Positions 33,393-56,921 of a stretch of DNA of 64,000 nucleotides are shown piece after piece (the first letter of the stretch is position 1; each line of letters opens with the position of its first letter). The notes beneath the pieces were generated by a model. That model was not told where the DNA came from and searched no databases. It worked only from the letters and a program-made list of their open reading frames with translations. Source of the DNA: Octopus bimaculoides. Taxonomy: Eukaryota. The DNA is taken from positions 8,571,160 through 8,635,159 of the forward strand of contig NC_069004.1 of NCBI RefSeq assembly GCF_001194135.2, read 5' to 3'. The translations under genes were made by a program, and so were the position numbers.

Positions 33393-34313
33393 AGCAGTTT
33401 TAGTTTTTTGGCAAATTTATTTGGGCGTCGGACAAATGCTTAATGGCCGTTCTTCCATCTCTTTACCATCTAAGCTCAAATCCCACCATGATCGACTTTA
33501 CTTCTCGTCCCTTTAACAACGATATAATAAAGTAAGAGTCACGTATTGGAGTCAATGGTATGTTTCATGCCAAAATTCCACACACTACATTTTCCCTACA
33601 CCTTCTCCGCATACACATATCTTCTCAAGCTGCTTGTTGTCCACTTTTAACATTGGGCTGTTACAATAAGGCTCTCTAATAATAACAACAATACAAGAAG
33701 TGAATAGAATCAGTGGTTGTGTTTATCAGTGGCATGATGACCCACCCGAGATACGACAAAATATGTTTCAACACACGAGTTCACATTAAACCAAATATTA
33801 AAACAGAAACAATGATAGGTAAAGTCGATCTCATTTCTTATTTCTTTATTGCCTACAAGGGGCTAAACATAGAGGGGACAAACAAGGACAGACAAACGGA
33901 TTAATCGATTACATCGACCCCAGTGTGTAACTGGTACTTAATTTATCGACCCTGAAAGGATGAAAGGCAAAGTCGACCTCAGCGGAATTTGAACTCAGAA
34001 CGTAACGGCAGACGAAATACCGCTAAGCATTTCGCCCGGTGTGCTAACGTTTTTTATTTCTTTATTGCCCACAAGGAGCTAAACATAGAGGGGTCAAAGA
34101 AGGACAGACAAAAGGGATTAAGTCGATTACATCGACTCCAGTGTGTAACTGGTACTTAATTTATCGACCCCGAAAGGATGAAAGGCTAACGTTTCTGCCA
34201 GCACGCAGGTAAAGTCGATCTTGGGGCCGGATTTGAACGCAGAAGGGAAAGTGGCAAAAGAATTGCCATGAAGCATTTATTTGACACACACAAAATAAAT
34301 AAATGAAGCTAGT

Positions 34314-34342
34314 TAGCAGAACTTCTACTGCGCCACTCTACT
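34314..34342 (-). pseudogene. Internally deleted tRNA-iMet remnant (29 nt) with its inverted 5' leader at 34343-34570
   Basis: Minus strand AGTAGAGTGGCGCAGTAGAAG|TTCTGCTA. The adjacent ~230 bp is the reverse complement of the leader upstream of copies 1-4. Confidence 0.75.
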
Positions 34343-37311
34343 GGCTAGTTGGGCTGCCACACAATAATGATTTCTTGCATAAGCCACAAAGACATCTCCG
34401 TGATGTGGTGAGTTCAATGTGATCGATCGATTGGGAAACAAACAGGAATGAATAGACTAAAACTTCCGCTGTGTCAGTTTATAATCTAAAAATACCACAA
34501 ACAGAGGTGAGAACGACTGTAGGATTAGCTTATCGAAGTTATTGATCATTATCGATAATACACAAGCAACGGGCATACTTCATTGTGATTTGTCTTAAGT
34601 ATATAGTATATGACTCAGCTCGCATAGACTGGTATACAGACTGATATACATACATATATATACATACATACATACATACATACATGCATGCACACGTGTG
34701 TATGCATGTACGTATGTACATACGTACATAGGTATATGTGTGTGTGTGTGTGTGTTTTAAATGCTTTCACATACGCAACATTCATTCCATCATTTTACTG
34801 ACATTCCTTCTCAAACACGGAATTCATTTTCCTGTTTTGATTCGCTCCCACCTTCCTATTCCCACGTGGCCNNNNNNNNNNNNNNNNNNNNNNNNNNNNN
34901 NNNNNNNNNNNNNNNNNNNNNNNNNNNNNNNNNNNNNNNNNNNNNNNNNNNNNNNNNNNNNNNNNNNNNNNNNNNNNNNNNNNNNNNNNNNNNNNNNNNN
35001 NNNNNNNNNNNNNNNNNNNNNNNNNNNNNNNNNNNNNNNNNNNNNNNNNNNNNNNNNNNNNNNNNNNNNNNNNNNNNNNNNNNNNNNNNNNNNNNNNNNN
35101 NNNNNNNNNNNNNNNNNNNNNNNNNNNNNNNNNNNNNNNNNNNNNNNNNNNNNNNNNNNNNNNNNNNNNNNNNNNNNNNNNNNNNNNNNNNNNNNNNNNN
35201 NNNNNNNNNNNNNNNNNNNNNNNNNNNNNNNNNNNNNNNNNNNNNNNNNNNNNNNNNNNNNNNNNNNNNNNNNNNNNNNNNNNNNNNNNNNNNNNNNNNN
35301 NNNNNNNNNNNNNNNNNNNNNNNNNNNNNNNNNNNNNNNNNNNNNNNNNNNNNNNNNNNNNNNNNNNNNNNNNNNNNNNNNNNNNNNNNNNNNNNNNNNN
35401 NNNNNNNNNNNNNNNNNNNNNNNNNNNNNNNNNNNNNNNNNNNNNNNNNNNNNNNNNNNNNNNNNNNNNNNNNNNNNNNNNNNNNNNNNNNNNNNNNNNN
35501 NNNNNNNNNNNNNNNNNNNNNNNNNNNNNNNNNNNNNNNNNNNNNNNNNNNNNNNNNNNNNNNNNNNNNNNNNNNNNNNNNNNNNNNNNNNNNNNNNNNN
35601 NNNNNNNNNNNNNNNNNNNNNNNNNNNNNNNNNNNNNNNNNNNNNNNNNNNNNNNNNNNNNNNNNNNNNNNNNNNNNNNNNNNNNNNNNNNNNNNNNNNN
35701 NNNNNNNNNNNNNNNNNNNNNATATATATATGTGTGTGTGTGTGTTTCTGTGTTTGTACTCCCCGCCCCCATCGCTTGACAACCAATGTTGGTGTATTTA
35801 CGTCCCTGAAAACTAGCGGTTCGGCAAAAGAGACCGATAGAATAATTACTAGGCTTACAAAGAATAAGTCCTGGGGTCGATTTCTTCGATCAAAACCCTT
35901 TAAGGCGGTGCTCCAGCATGGCTGCAATCAAATGACTGAAACGCATAAAAGAATAAATGAGTATGTAAGACCTCCCTCGGTTTGTGTTTGATATGTGGAA
36001 CAGTCCTTTGACGTGTTTTATTTGGGCCATTTTGATGATGTTAAAAATCGACATAACAGTATCACTTCTCTCTTTTTCTCTCACTTCCTGTCTCTCTATA
36101 TATGCATATGTATCAAAACAGGAGACTGGTAAAAAGTTTTGATAGTCTTTATTCACCATTACACATGTTTCATTTGCTAATAGGAATTACGAAATTGTAA
36201 CTGGAGGAGAAACATGTAAGATATCTCCTATTAGAAATTCTTCAGACAGAGAATCAAATCATGCAAAATGTACATTTGGATGAAGCGTTTATATATAGCT
36301 TATAGAACATCTACAAACGGATTTGGAATACTGGAATAAGAATATCTGCTTCAAGAAGACACAGCTTGGATTTTAACCCAATCTGTTTAATATACATGTA
36401 TGTATGTACGTACGTGTGTGTGTCAATCAGTCTTAGTCTTGCCAGTTAAGGAGCGTAGGCTTTGTTGAAGAAGACTAATAAACCCCCCTAATACCCGTTA
36501 CTTTTCTCAGTTGGCTCTACAGACCGAAACGCCTAGCCCATATTAAACCAAAAATTTCGATTAACTGATCTCAAGAAGGTTATCTCCCCTGAGGTTTTAT
36601 TATATTTTTTTTGTCTTAAACATTTCTTGGGGGAATTTTTGTCTACTACTGCTTGGATAATTTTAGTTGCTCTGAGTTTCTGATTTGTTTAGACTCTGCG
36701 AAAAATGCATTTGCACAGCAAAAAACAGTTTTAAGCCATCTAAATATTAACATTTTATTATTTTTATTTCGAGAGTCATTAGTATTAAAGTTGTTTAATA
36801 TGTTTTTGCTGCAGATGGCTCTATAGGAATTTAACTCGTCAAAGTACAGTTATGACGTGTTATATAATATAGACAGACGGGCACTTTCTATACAGAATAG
36901 TTTTGAAAAAAAAAAATAATAAAACATCAAAACTCAGCTTGAACGGGTAGAATTTATGATCCAGTTAGAGCCAATTCCCCTTCGTCGCTCCAAATCGTCT
37001 GCAAGTATATTTTACTAAATCAATAAATAACTTATATAATGCAGTGTAGATGAATACCCTCTTTCTCCTTGTTAACGATGCATTCCATGTGTACTTTTAA
37101 CTGGACTAGTTTTTTGTTATTGTTTTTAATATCGAGAGTTGCTTTTTATTTTTATATATAAATAGTTGATTTACAAGGCTCAAAATATTTTCTTTTGATG
37201 AGTAAATATTAGACTTTACTTCAAATATATCGGATTATTTTGTTGTATATGTCATCATGATAGCAGCCATTAACATCATCATTAACACCATCAGAAGGTG
37301 GGGGGAGTTAA

Positions 37312-37560
37312 TATTACCGCGGAGTTAGAATATTTAGGTCTGTGTGATTTCATAACCTGGTGTAAACAGTTTCACTCCTACTACCATTGCTTTTACAACT
37401 GTGACTAATACCCCCGCCACTTGTTCCTTACCCCCACCAAAAAAAACATGAAAATACTCGCGGAGTTAGAATATTCACGTATCTGTGATTTCATAACCTG
37501 GTGTAAACAGTTTCACTCCTACCACCACTGCTTTAACAACTGTGACCACTACCCCGCAAC
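37312..37560. repeat. Tandem duplication with a ~142-bp period
   Basis: gcggagttagaatatt...gtgatttcataacctggtgtaaacagtttcactccta...acaactgtgac occurs twice, next to an N-gap. Confidence 0.8.
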
Positions 37561-38932
37561 ACCACTACCGCCACCACTTATTCCTTACCCCCACNNNNNN
37601 NNNNNNNNNNNNNNNNNNNNNNNNNNNNNNNNNNNNNNNNNNNNNNNNNNNNNNNNNNNNNNNNNNNNNNNNNNNNNNNNNNNNNNNNNNNNNNNNNNNN
37701 NNNNNNNNNNNNNNNNNNNNNNNNNNNNNNNNNNNNNNNNNNNNNNNNNNNNNNNNNNNNNNNNNNNNNNNNNNNNNNNNNNNNNNNNNNNNNNNNNNNN
37801 NNNNNNNNNNNNNNNNNNNNNNNNNNNNNNNNNNNNNNNNNNNNNNNNNNNNNNNNNNNNNNNNNNNNNNNNNNNNNNNNNNNNNNNNNNNNNNNNNNNN
37901 NNNNNNNNNNNNNNNNNNNNNNNNNNNNNNNNNNNNNNNNNNNNNNNNNNNNNNNNNNNNNNNNNNNNNNNNNNNNNNNNNNNNNNNNNNNNNNNNNNNN
38001 NNNNNNNNNNNNNNNNNNNNNNNNNNNNNNNNNNNNNNNNNNNNNNNNNNNNNNNNNNNNNNNNNNNNNNNNNNNNNNNNNNNNNNNNNNNNNNNNNNNN
38101 NNNNNNNNNNNNNNNNNNNNNNATACTCATATATTTATTTATATATATATGTGTGTGTGTATATGTTTGTGTGTCTGTGTTTGTGCCACCAGCATCGCTT
38201 GACAACCGATGCTGGTGTGTTTACGTCCCCCGTAACTTAGCGGTTCGGCAAAAAGAGACCGATAGAATAAGTACTAGGCTTACAAAAGAATAAGTCCCTG
38301 GGTCGATTTGCTCGACTAAAAGGCGGTGCTCCAGCATGGCCGCAGTCAAATGACTGAAACAAGTAAAAGTAAAAGAGTAAATCTTGCAAAAGAAAAACAA
38401 ATTATAACAACACCAACAACTCTTGTTTTTATTCATCTAAATAATTCTAAAAATGTTTATTTTTATACATTCTGGAACTAAATTAAAATGTTAAAAATAT
38501 CACCAAATTTATCGGGAATAATAGTATTAGAAAATACTAAAAATTCGTTTTGAGTATGATTAATCTGCATGTGTTATTGTTTTGAATATAAAATCTTAGT
38601 GTGACATCTTTAGTGAATCAATTTACTTAGTATTTCCTAATTGGGAGGCCCATCGAGAGTCGTTTCAGCCGTGACCATCCTGTCATATATTTTGGACGGT
38701 GGAGCTGGACGACAGTCACCCCTACCCCACAAAAACCGAGCTCCATCTTTTGGGCTACCTTGTTCGATGTGTCCTCACTTCGTTGTTTTGTTTTCAAAGA
38801 CAGTAGGGTATATCATGATGGAGATTTGATTGCTATTTCTAGCAGGTTGAGTTACCCCTTAAACATTTCTTTTCCTTGTTGCTCATTCTCTATCAATGCT
38901 TATGTGTCTGTCATTCAATGGGTTAAACGGAT

Positions 38933-38969
<37 letters not shown>

Positions 38970-41900
38970 GGGACAAAATCCCAAATTACAGGTAAAGACT
39001 CAAAATCAATTTATAAAAAATTAAAATAAGCTTTACAGAGTAAAATATATATAAATATATAGTTTTAGGGAGAAGAACCAAGGTTAAAACTATATATATA
39101 TATATATATATGTGGGTTTGGTGATGCAGTCAGGAAAATAGAACACACACGCACACAGTCATATGTGTCTGTGGATGCATGTAAGTATTTATCTATCAAT
39201 GGGGCACTTGTTAATCCCCTCCTAATTGTTGTGTTTTAGTTAACTCTGTGGGCATGTTAGCTTTAATTTCTACCTAACAACAACGACGACAATGTTGTAT
39301 ATGGATATTTATGTTGATCTGTTTATTTATATTTTTGTATACACTGACATCAAAACATGCAAATACATCCTTCCAGTTAAAAAAAAGAGAGTAGTGCAGT
39401 TAAAGAAAGATAACTCGACTTAAATACTATTGGCTGCAGAAAGGTGACATGCACTTCTTCATATATGTTCAGTATCACAAATAAGTAATACGAGATGATA
39501 CATTGCTTAAAAAGTTTGGCTGATTATTATGTAGATTAGCCCTTATATGTTTGTGTTGTGTCCTGGTGTAGAAAGGTAACATAATTTATGTTGAGTCATA
39601 AATATTAAATCATATGTGATAATAGTTTACTTTGCAAGTTCAAGAAGTTTAGTCGTTTATTTTGGAGATTAACTCTTATATATATATATATGTACCGGTG
39701 TAAGGATTTCAAGCTATCTCCCGGTAGACTGAAATTGATATTCAAATTACCGGGGGTGAGGGGCTGACCTGAAACCGATTTCAAATTACCCCCGCGCTGT
39801 ACACATAACCCCACTCAATGATTTTGCTAATATAATAAATTCTAAGACTTACAACTACTGATACTCTTATAACATTAAACACGGATTATATTCGAGATTG
39901 TTATGGAAATAAGATAAACATATTAGATTCTTATGATGCCCCCGAAAAAAAAAAAACATATCGAATATCAGAGATTCTTCGTTTTTTTTTTTTTTTAATA
40001 AGAACATTATATTTTTTGTTTATGAAAAAGGGATTTGGATTAGAATACTTTTTTTTTCTGTAGATATGTAACAGATGGATGTTGTTTCTAGTGGACTTAG
40101 TTGAGTTGACAGAATATAACGATAAGAAATTGATTTGAAGAACGATATGTATTTTATATATAAACCGAAATTTATTTACACACTTTAAATTGGTGGTAAA
40201 TTTTTTTGCCACAAACGTCTGCAACAGTGTAACAACCTGTGCGGCGTTCCATAAAATGTCCTCTCGAATTAGGTCTTTGAGAAGAACTTTATTTCTAATA
40301 TTGAACTGCTGTTGCTCGTGTTTTTTTGTTATTGTATTGTTCTTTTTGAACGGACTGAGCTATTGTAATAATACTAAAAGCAGCCATTCTGGATGTGCTT
40401 CTTTCAAACTTCTTCAGCTCAAGTAACAAAATGAAATCTCTGACTTTCTCTTTCATATACAAATGTACATCACGCATACACACACATAATAAACACCAAC
40501 ACATACATTTAATGGGTGAACCCATTATCTCCCTTGATGCAAACTTGAAATTATTGATTATACATTTTTTTTAGTAATTATATTTGTAAGTTAGGGCGGC
40601 GAGCTGGTAGAATCGTTAGCATGCCGGGCGAAATGCTTAGCGGTATTTCGTCTGCTGTTACGTTCTGAGTTCAAATTCCGCCGAGGAATTTCATCCTTTC
40701 TGGTTCGATTAAATAAGTACCAGTTACGCACTGCGGTCGATGTAATTGACTTAATCCCTTTGTCTGTCCTTGTTTGTCCCTTCTATGTTTAACCCCCCTG
40801 TGGGCAATAAAGAAATATATATATATGTAAGTTACAAAACTGTGCAAAACTTCCTCTTTAACAAGAGTGCTTGGTCCACCCCTACTCCAGTTGCCACAGC
40901 TCTTATTTTTGGCTAAGTGGGCTGGAGTATTGAGAAATGAAGTGTTGTGCTCAAGGACACACAGCATGCTACCTGGTCCAGAAATTGAGGCCACAGCTTA
41001 AAGATTGTTAACCAACTACTAGAGAATTTGCTTTCACGTCAGTCAGATACTGGAATGAAGGAAATCAACTAAAATCCTCAGCCAAACATGTGGCTCCATG
41101 CCAATGCAAGAAATCATTAATAGACCAATGGAAGGGGTAAAAGAAATGACTGGTATGGTTGAGTGCCAATGTGTGATGAAAGAAAGGCAGACAGAGGCTT
41201 TACAATGTTTGTATTTACATCATTCGGAAACATTATGCTTGATGTTCTTTGAATAATGATTTACGTCATCTACGAATTTAAAAATATAATTCTTGATGGT
41301 TTGAATTCCTGTCTTGCCAAAATCAGATTTACCCTTCATGATTCTATGGATTGCTAAAGTAGCTGCTACGCCTAAATAGGGGAAGATCAAGACATTCATT
41401 GTACTACATGAAATTGGACTTGTGCCTAAGGTGGGAGGGGTAGTGGGGGAAGGTTATCTTATCATAATGGTTGAAAATAAATATCAGAAAATATGTCCAA
41501 GGAAAGAATTCCAGAGAGTACATTTACAAGGGAGTAAGGACCGGGCTCAGCAGTTTTTACTGAGATGGGAGTTAGCATAGTACAGGGTGGGGGAAAGGGA
41601 GGGGTGAGATGTTTTGTACCTCGACCAATGCTTTTAGAAGTTTGGAGTATACACTGTGGTGTATTTAGCCATTTCCCTTCCACCATCAACTTTACAATCC
41701 ATATTTTTCAAATATAATTTCTGTGTATGTATATATATATATATATTTATATATTTTTTTTATTTATGCGCCCTTCTAAAGCCTAGCCAGGTTCATGGGC
41801 CCGGTTTCTCGGTTTCTATGGCATATGTGTTCCCCCTAGCTGGACGGGACGCCAGTCCATCGCAGCGTTACTCAAGAAACAGGAAGAAAGAGTGAGAGAA

Positions 41901-43193
41901 AGTTGGGGCGAAAGAGCACAACAGGGGTCGCCTCCAGCCCCTGCTGGAGCTTCGTGGAGCTTTGTGTTTCCGCCCAATAAACACTCACAATGCCTTGTCT
42001 GGGAATCGAAACTGCGATCCTCCAACTGCNNNNNNNNNNNNNNNNNNNNNNNNNNNNNNNNNNNNNNNNNNNNNNNNNNNNNNNNNNNNNNNNNNNNNNN
42101 NNNNNNNNNNNNNNNNNNNNNNNNNNNNNNNNNNNNNNNNNNNNCACTCACAAGTGCTACTGGCACTCTGTAATTATGTAATCTGGTATAACCTGTTGCA
42201 TGATGGGCTTGCTGGGGAATAAACCGGTTGCTCATTTATGCTTGCCTGGTTAGAGGCTTGTTTGGAGAATGAAAAACAAAGTCAGCCTTGGAGTAAAAAG
42301 AATGCAACTGACACAGATTAAAATGCCATGAAATATTTTCTTTTAACACACCAACTTTTTGTAACAATGCACACATGCATGCACACTTGTTGGGTTTCAA
42401 TATATTGTTCATTCTTCAAATTTCATTCACAAGGCTTTGGTCAACTTGAAGCCATTGTAGTAGAACACTGTTGCTCAAATGGCTGTGTGTTGGGATGGAA
42501 CCTAAGTGCATGTAGTTAAAAAATTAATTTCTTAATCACGTGCCTATGCAGGCATTAGTTCATTATTTCTTTTGCATAGGTCAACTCGGGCAGGTATTGT
42601 AAGCTGTTTGCTTCTTAACTGCATAGCTTTGGATTTACTCTCACTGTGTGGCACATTGGGCAAATATCTTCTACTGTAGCCCCCAAGCTGGCTAAAGTCT
42701 TGTGAATGGATTTTGATAGATGGAAACGGAGCCTGTTGTGTGTGTGTGTGTGTGCTACTGTCTCTGTGCTTTGACTCCATGTGATAGTTGTGAAATGAGT
42801 AGCACTATCATGCAACCAGTGTCCTTTATTTCCAGTCTCCCATGAAAATATGTCTGGGTCATAGAAAATATTAAATATAGAACTGTAAATATTACCATGT
42901 TTGGAATTAGGTCAGGGTTGATCATAGGGAGAGCATCCTGCTGCAGAAAATCTGCTTTGACAAATTCCGTCTGACCCATGCAAGTATGGAAAAGTGGATG
43001 TTAAAATTAAAATAATGTCTGTGATGATGCGGAGGATAATGAACACAGCTGACCAGGAAAACTATGCACAAAGTGCAATATATGTCGACTATCCTTGTTA
43101 TCTTTCATTTCTTTCTCTACACAGTGTCTGACCCGGTTTTTTAAGCCTCTCCACCGAAGATTCTTTGAAGAGTTGATGGAGCAGCACTAGAAG

Positions 43194-53908
<10,715 letters not shown>

Positions 53909-54423
53909 GCTCTTTTTACCAAACGATGCCGTCGTGTCCGTCGACTTGAGGAATGTAGTTCTTTANNNNNNNNNNNNNNNNNNNNNNNNNNNNNNNNNNN
54001 NNNNNNNNNNNNNNNNNNNNNNNNNNNNNNNNNNNNNNNNNNNNNNNNNNNNNNNNNNNNNNNNNNNNNNNNNNNNNNNNNNNNNNNNNNNNNNNNNNNN
54101 NNNNNNNNNNNNNNNNNNNNNNNNNNNNNNNNNNNNNNNNNNNNNNNNNNNNNNNNNNNNNNNNNNNNNNNNNNNNNNNNNNNNNNNNNNNNNNNNNNNN
54201 NNNNNNNNNNNNNNNNNNNNNNNNNNNNNNNNNNNNNNNNNNNNNNNNNNNNNNNNNNNNNNNNNNNNNNNNNNNNNNNNNNNNNNNNNNNNNNNNNNNN
54301 NNNNNNNNNNNNNNNNNNNNNNNNNNNNNNNNNNNNNNNNNNNNNNNNNNNNNNNNNNNNNNNNNNNNNNNNNNNNNNNNNNNNNNNNNNNNNNNNNNNN
54401 NNNNNNNNNNNNNNNNNNNNNNN

Positions 54424-54477
<54 letters not shown>

Positions 54478-56279
54478 CTAATAGAATATTGTTGGAAAAA
54501 AACAAAAACAAACACTACAATCAGTTTGTTTTACGTTGTTCTACTTTGAATAATTACCCCTTTCTGCTCTTCTCTCTCTCTCTCTCTCTCTCTCATACAC
54601 ACATACACACTCACGCATTTCTTTCTTACATAACACATTTCTGGTTTATTCCCATTTCTCTTTCTCTGACACATACACACAATACACATTTCTCTTCTCT
54701 CTCTCTCTCTGTGTTTCCTCTCTTACTGTCTCTCATTACCTTTTCATACCTTTCTGCCTTTCCTTCTTTCTCTCTTCTTCCCATCTATATCCTCTCTCTC
54801 TCTCTCTCTCTCTCTCCTGTTTCTTCTATTTCCTATTTTTAATGTCAATCCACCCTTTCAACTTTTCTGTGTCCTCATGATTCAGAGAAACAGTTTTTAG
54901 CAACCAGTTATTTCGAGCAGGAGCCATGCCATAGAATTATGTAACAACATGGTATTATACAAAATTTTTAATCTGGAATTTTACACAATTTATTTTTAAG
55001 AATAATTTTCTTCTGCATTGAAAAATATCTCTCATTGATTTATTAATTTTTATTGATATATTGTTTTATTTATTGAATATTTTCTATTCCTCTGCCCCAA
55101 CAGGATTTTCATCCCTTTTTGTCGTGGGTCTGTTGGTTGCAGCAATTACTTAACAGCCTGGTCCCCTCTTATTGTTAACCCCTGTACCAAATTGGGGAGT
55201 GGCCCTTAGTGTTTTCTGTCATCCAGGCAAACTGGAACAAACAAGTCTTTCTCTTTCTATTTTGCTTAGGGATTACAATGCAATGTTATGGAATTTGAAA
55301 TTGCCACCATGTGGTAAGTATTCCAGCACCTTAACCTCATAGCCACCGTGTGTTACCATGTGGTCAGTAGCCCATTCCCTTAACATCACAGCCACTGTGT
55401 GACCATGTGGTCAAATACCTTAATCACACAGCTACATGTGGTCAATTAGTCCATTATCTTATAAACACTTAATCTCACATGCACTGTGCTTTTTCAGTGA
55501 TTGATATATTCCTTTACTTATTGATTGAGTTTTTTATGATGATTGGTTATTGATCCATTTATAAAAGAAAAACCCATCAGTGTCCATGTGAGAATCTTAA
55601 ATAGAATATTGTGAATCTTAACACAGTTGGAGTTGAATCTCTCATCGTCAGTAATTGACCAAATGTCTTTTAACTGGGACCCATGGCTGTTCCATGTAAA
55701 GGTTGAGCTTTTAACATCTTGAGCCAACGAAGGAGCCCCAGTGTTCATTGGACTCGTTAAAGATAGATGCCAGGTCTCTCTTAAAATATGTCATTCATCC
55801 ACAGAAACAATACCAAAGCAGACACCAGTGCACCACACTGCTCTCTGATTCTTGAAATTCTGTCAGGCCACTCAACCTGTGCCAGCATAGAAGACAAATG
55901 TTAAAAGATGATGCTGATATATACATTCGTCAGTGTAGAAGACACGTGGCTTAGTGGTTAGAGTATCCAGCTCATGATCATAAGCTTGTGAGTTCAATTT
56001 CTGGCAGTGCGTTGTGTCTTTTATTTCATGTTGCTCCAGTCGACTCAGCTTGCAAAAGCAAGTTGTACCTGTATTTCAAAGGGCCAGCCTTATCGCATTC
56101 TGTGTCCTGCTGAATTTTCATGAGAACTACAATAAGGGCATGTGTGTCTGTGGAGTGCTCAGCCACTTGCCTGCTAATTTTACAAGCAGGCTGTTCTGTT
56201 GCTTGGGTCAACTGGAACCCTTGTCATAACTGATGGAGTGCCAGGCTTTTGAAATGTTTTTAGATATATTATTACAACT

Positions 56280-56500
56280 TATATTGTAATTGCATATTGA
56301 TGCAACTACAATGCATTTCTTCATGATTAAGTGTGAGTTCACCAGCTGCTTTGCCACTCTTGTCAAACCAGCTCGTGATATTCCCCATCCATTGCATTCT
56401 TTTCCTGCCCCTTGATCTTCTACTCTCTGCTCTTCCTCTCATAATAATGATTTCCAAACCTCTGCTTCTTTGAATATATCCTTAATTGATAAGCTATTAC
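56280..56500 (-). mobile_element. Degenerate RTE-type LINE ORF C-terminal fragment
   Basis: Minus strand LEIIIMRGRAESRRSRGRKRMQWMGNITSW resembles the RTE/BovB C-terminal motif (GKIEGRRxRGRxRxRWxD). Confidence 0.55.
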
Positions 56501-56671
56501 TACCACTGTCTATAAGTACTGCCACCAATGCTGTGCAATGCAAAGACTTTCCACATATGAATACCAGCTGTTTCTTTCCAAAGCCTTGTCTTTGACTATA
56601 TTCATGTAGTAATCTCTGTCTAGTGTTCTAAACCATCCAGGTATTGGTTTTCATCTTCAGTTTGCTGTCTC

Positions 56672-56703
<32 letters not shown>

Positions 56704-56921
56704 NNNNNNNNNNNNNNNNNNNNNNNNNNNNNNNNNNNNNNNNNNNNNNNNNNNNNNNNNNNNNNNNNNNNNNNNNNNNNNNNNNNNNNNNNNNNNNNNN
56801 NNNGCAGCAACAACAACAACAACGACAACAACAACAGCAGCAGCAGCAGCAATAATAATTCACTGCTGTAAGGAAATTCAAAAAGTTGAACAATTTCAGA
56901 AATGTTCTCATTGTTTCTTAC

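Noticed and set aside
27111-33403. Short ORFs repeated across the cluster (RVAQWKRAGPITQRSVDRNYAL etc.)
   Set aside because: These are translations of the tRNA-iMet genes and their flanks, not a protein family.
36190-36290. NYEIVTGGETCK resembling the mariner IVTGDETW motif
   Set aside because: Similarity is too short, the catalytic D is absent and no TIRs are visible.
36934-36998. Possible minus-strand terminal exon DDLERRRGIGSNWIINSTRSS*
   Set aside because: Weak acceptor, no recognisable homology and no partner exons found.
40150-40420. Protein-like minus-strand frame (QQFNIRNKVLLKDLIREDILWNAAQVV...)
   Set aside because: Interrupted by a stop and not assignable; could be an old retroelement fragment or CLPX promoter-region sequence.
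55300-55500. ~40-bp tandem units containing CCATGTGGT
   Set aside because: Appears to be a tandem amplification of a SINE-head fragment; ordinary minisatellite.
55518-55748. 76-aa minus-strand ORF as a candidate fibrillin 3' exon
   Set aside because: No EGF cysteine pattern or fibrillin C-terminal similarity, and no convincing acceptor.
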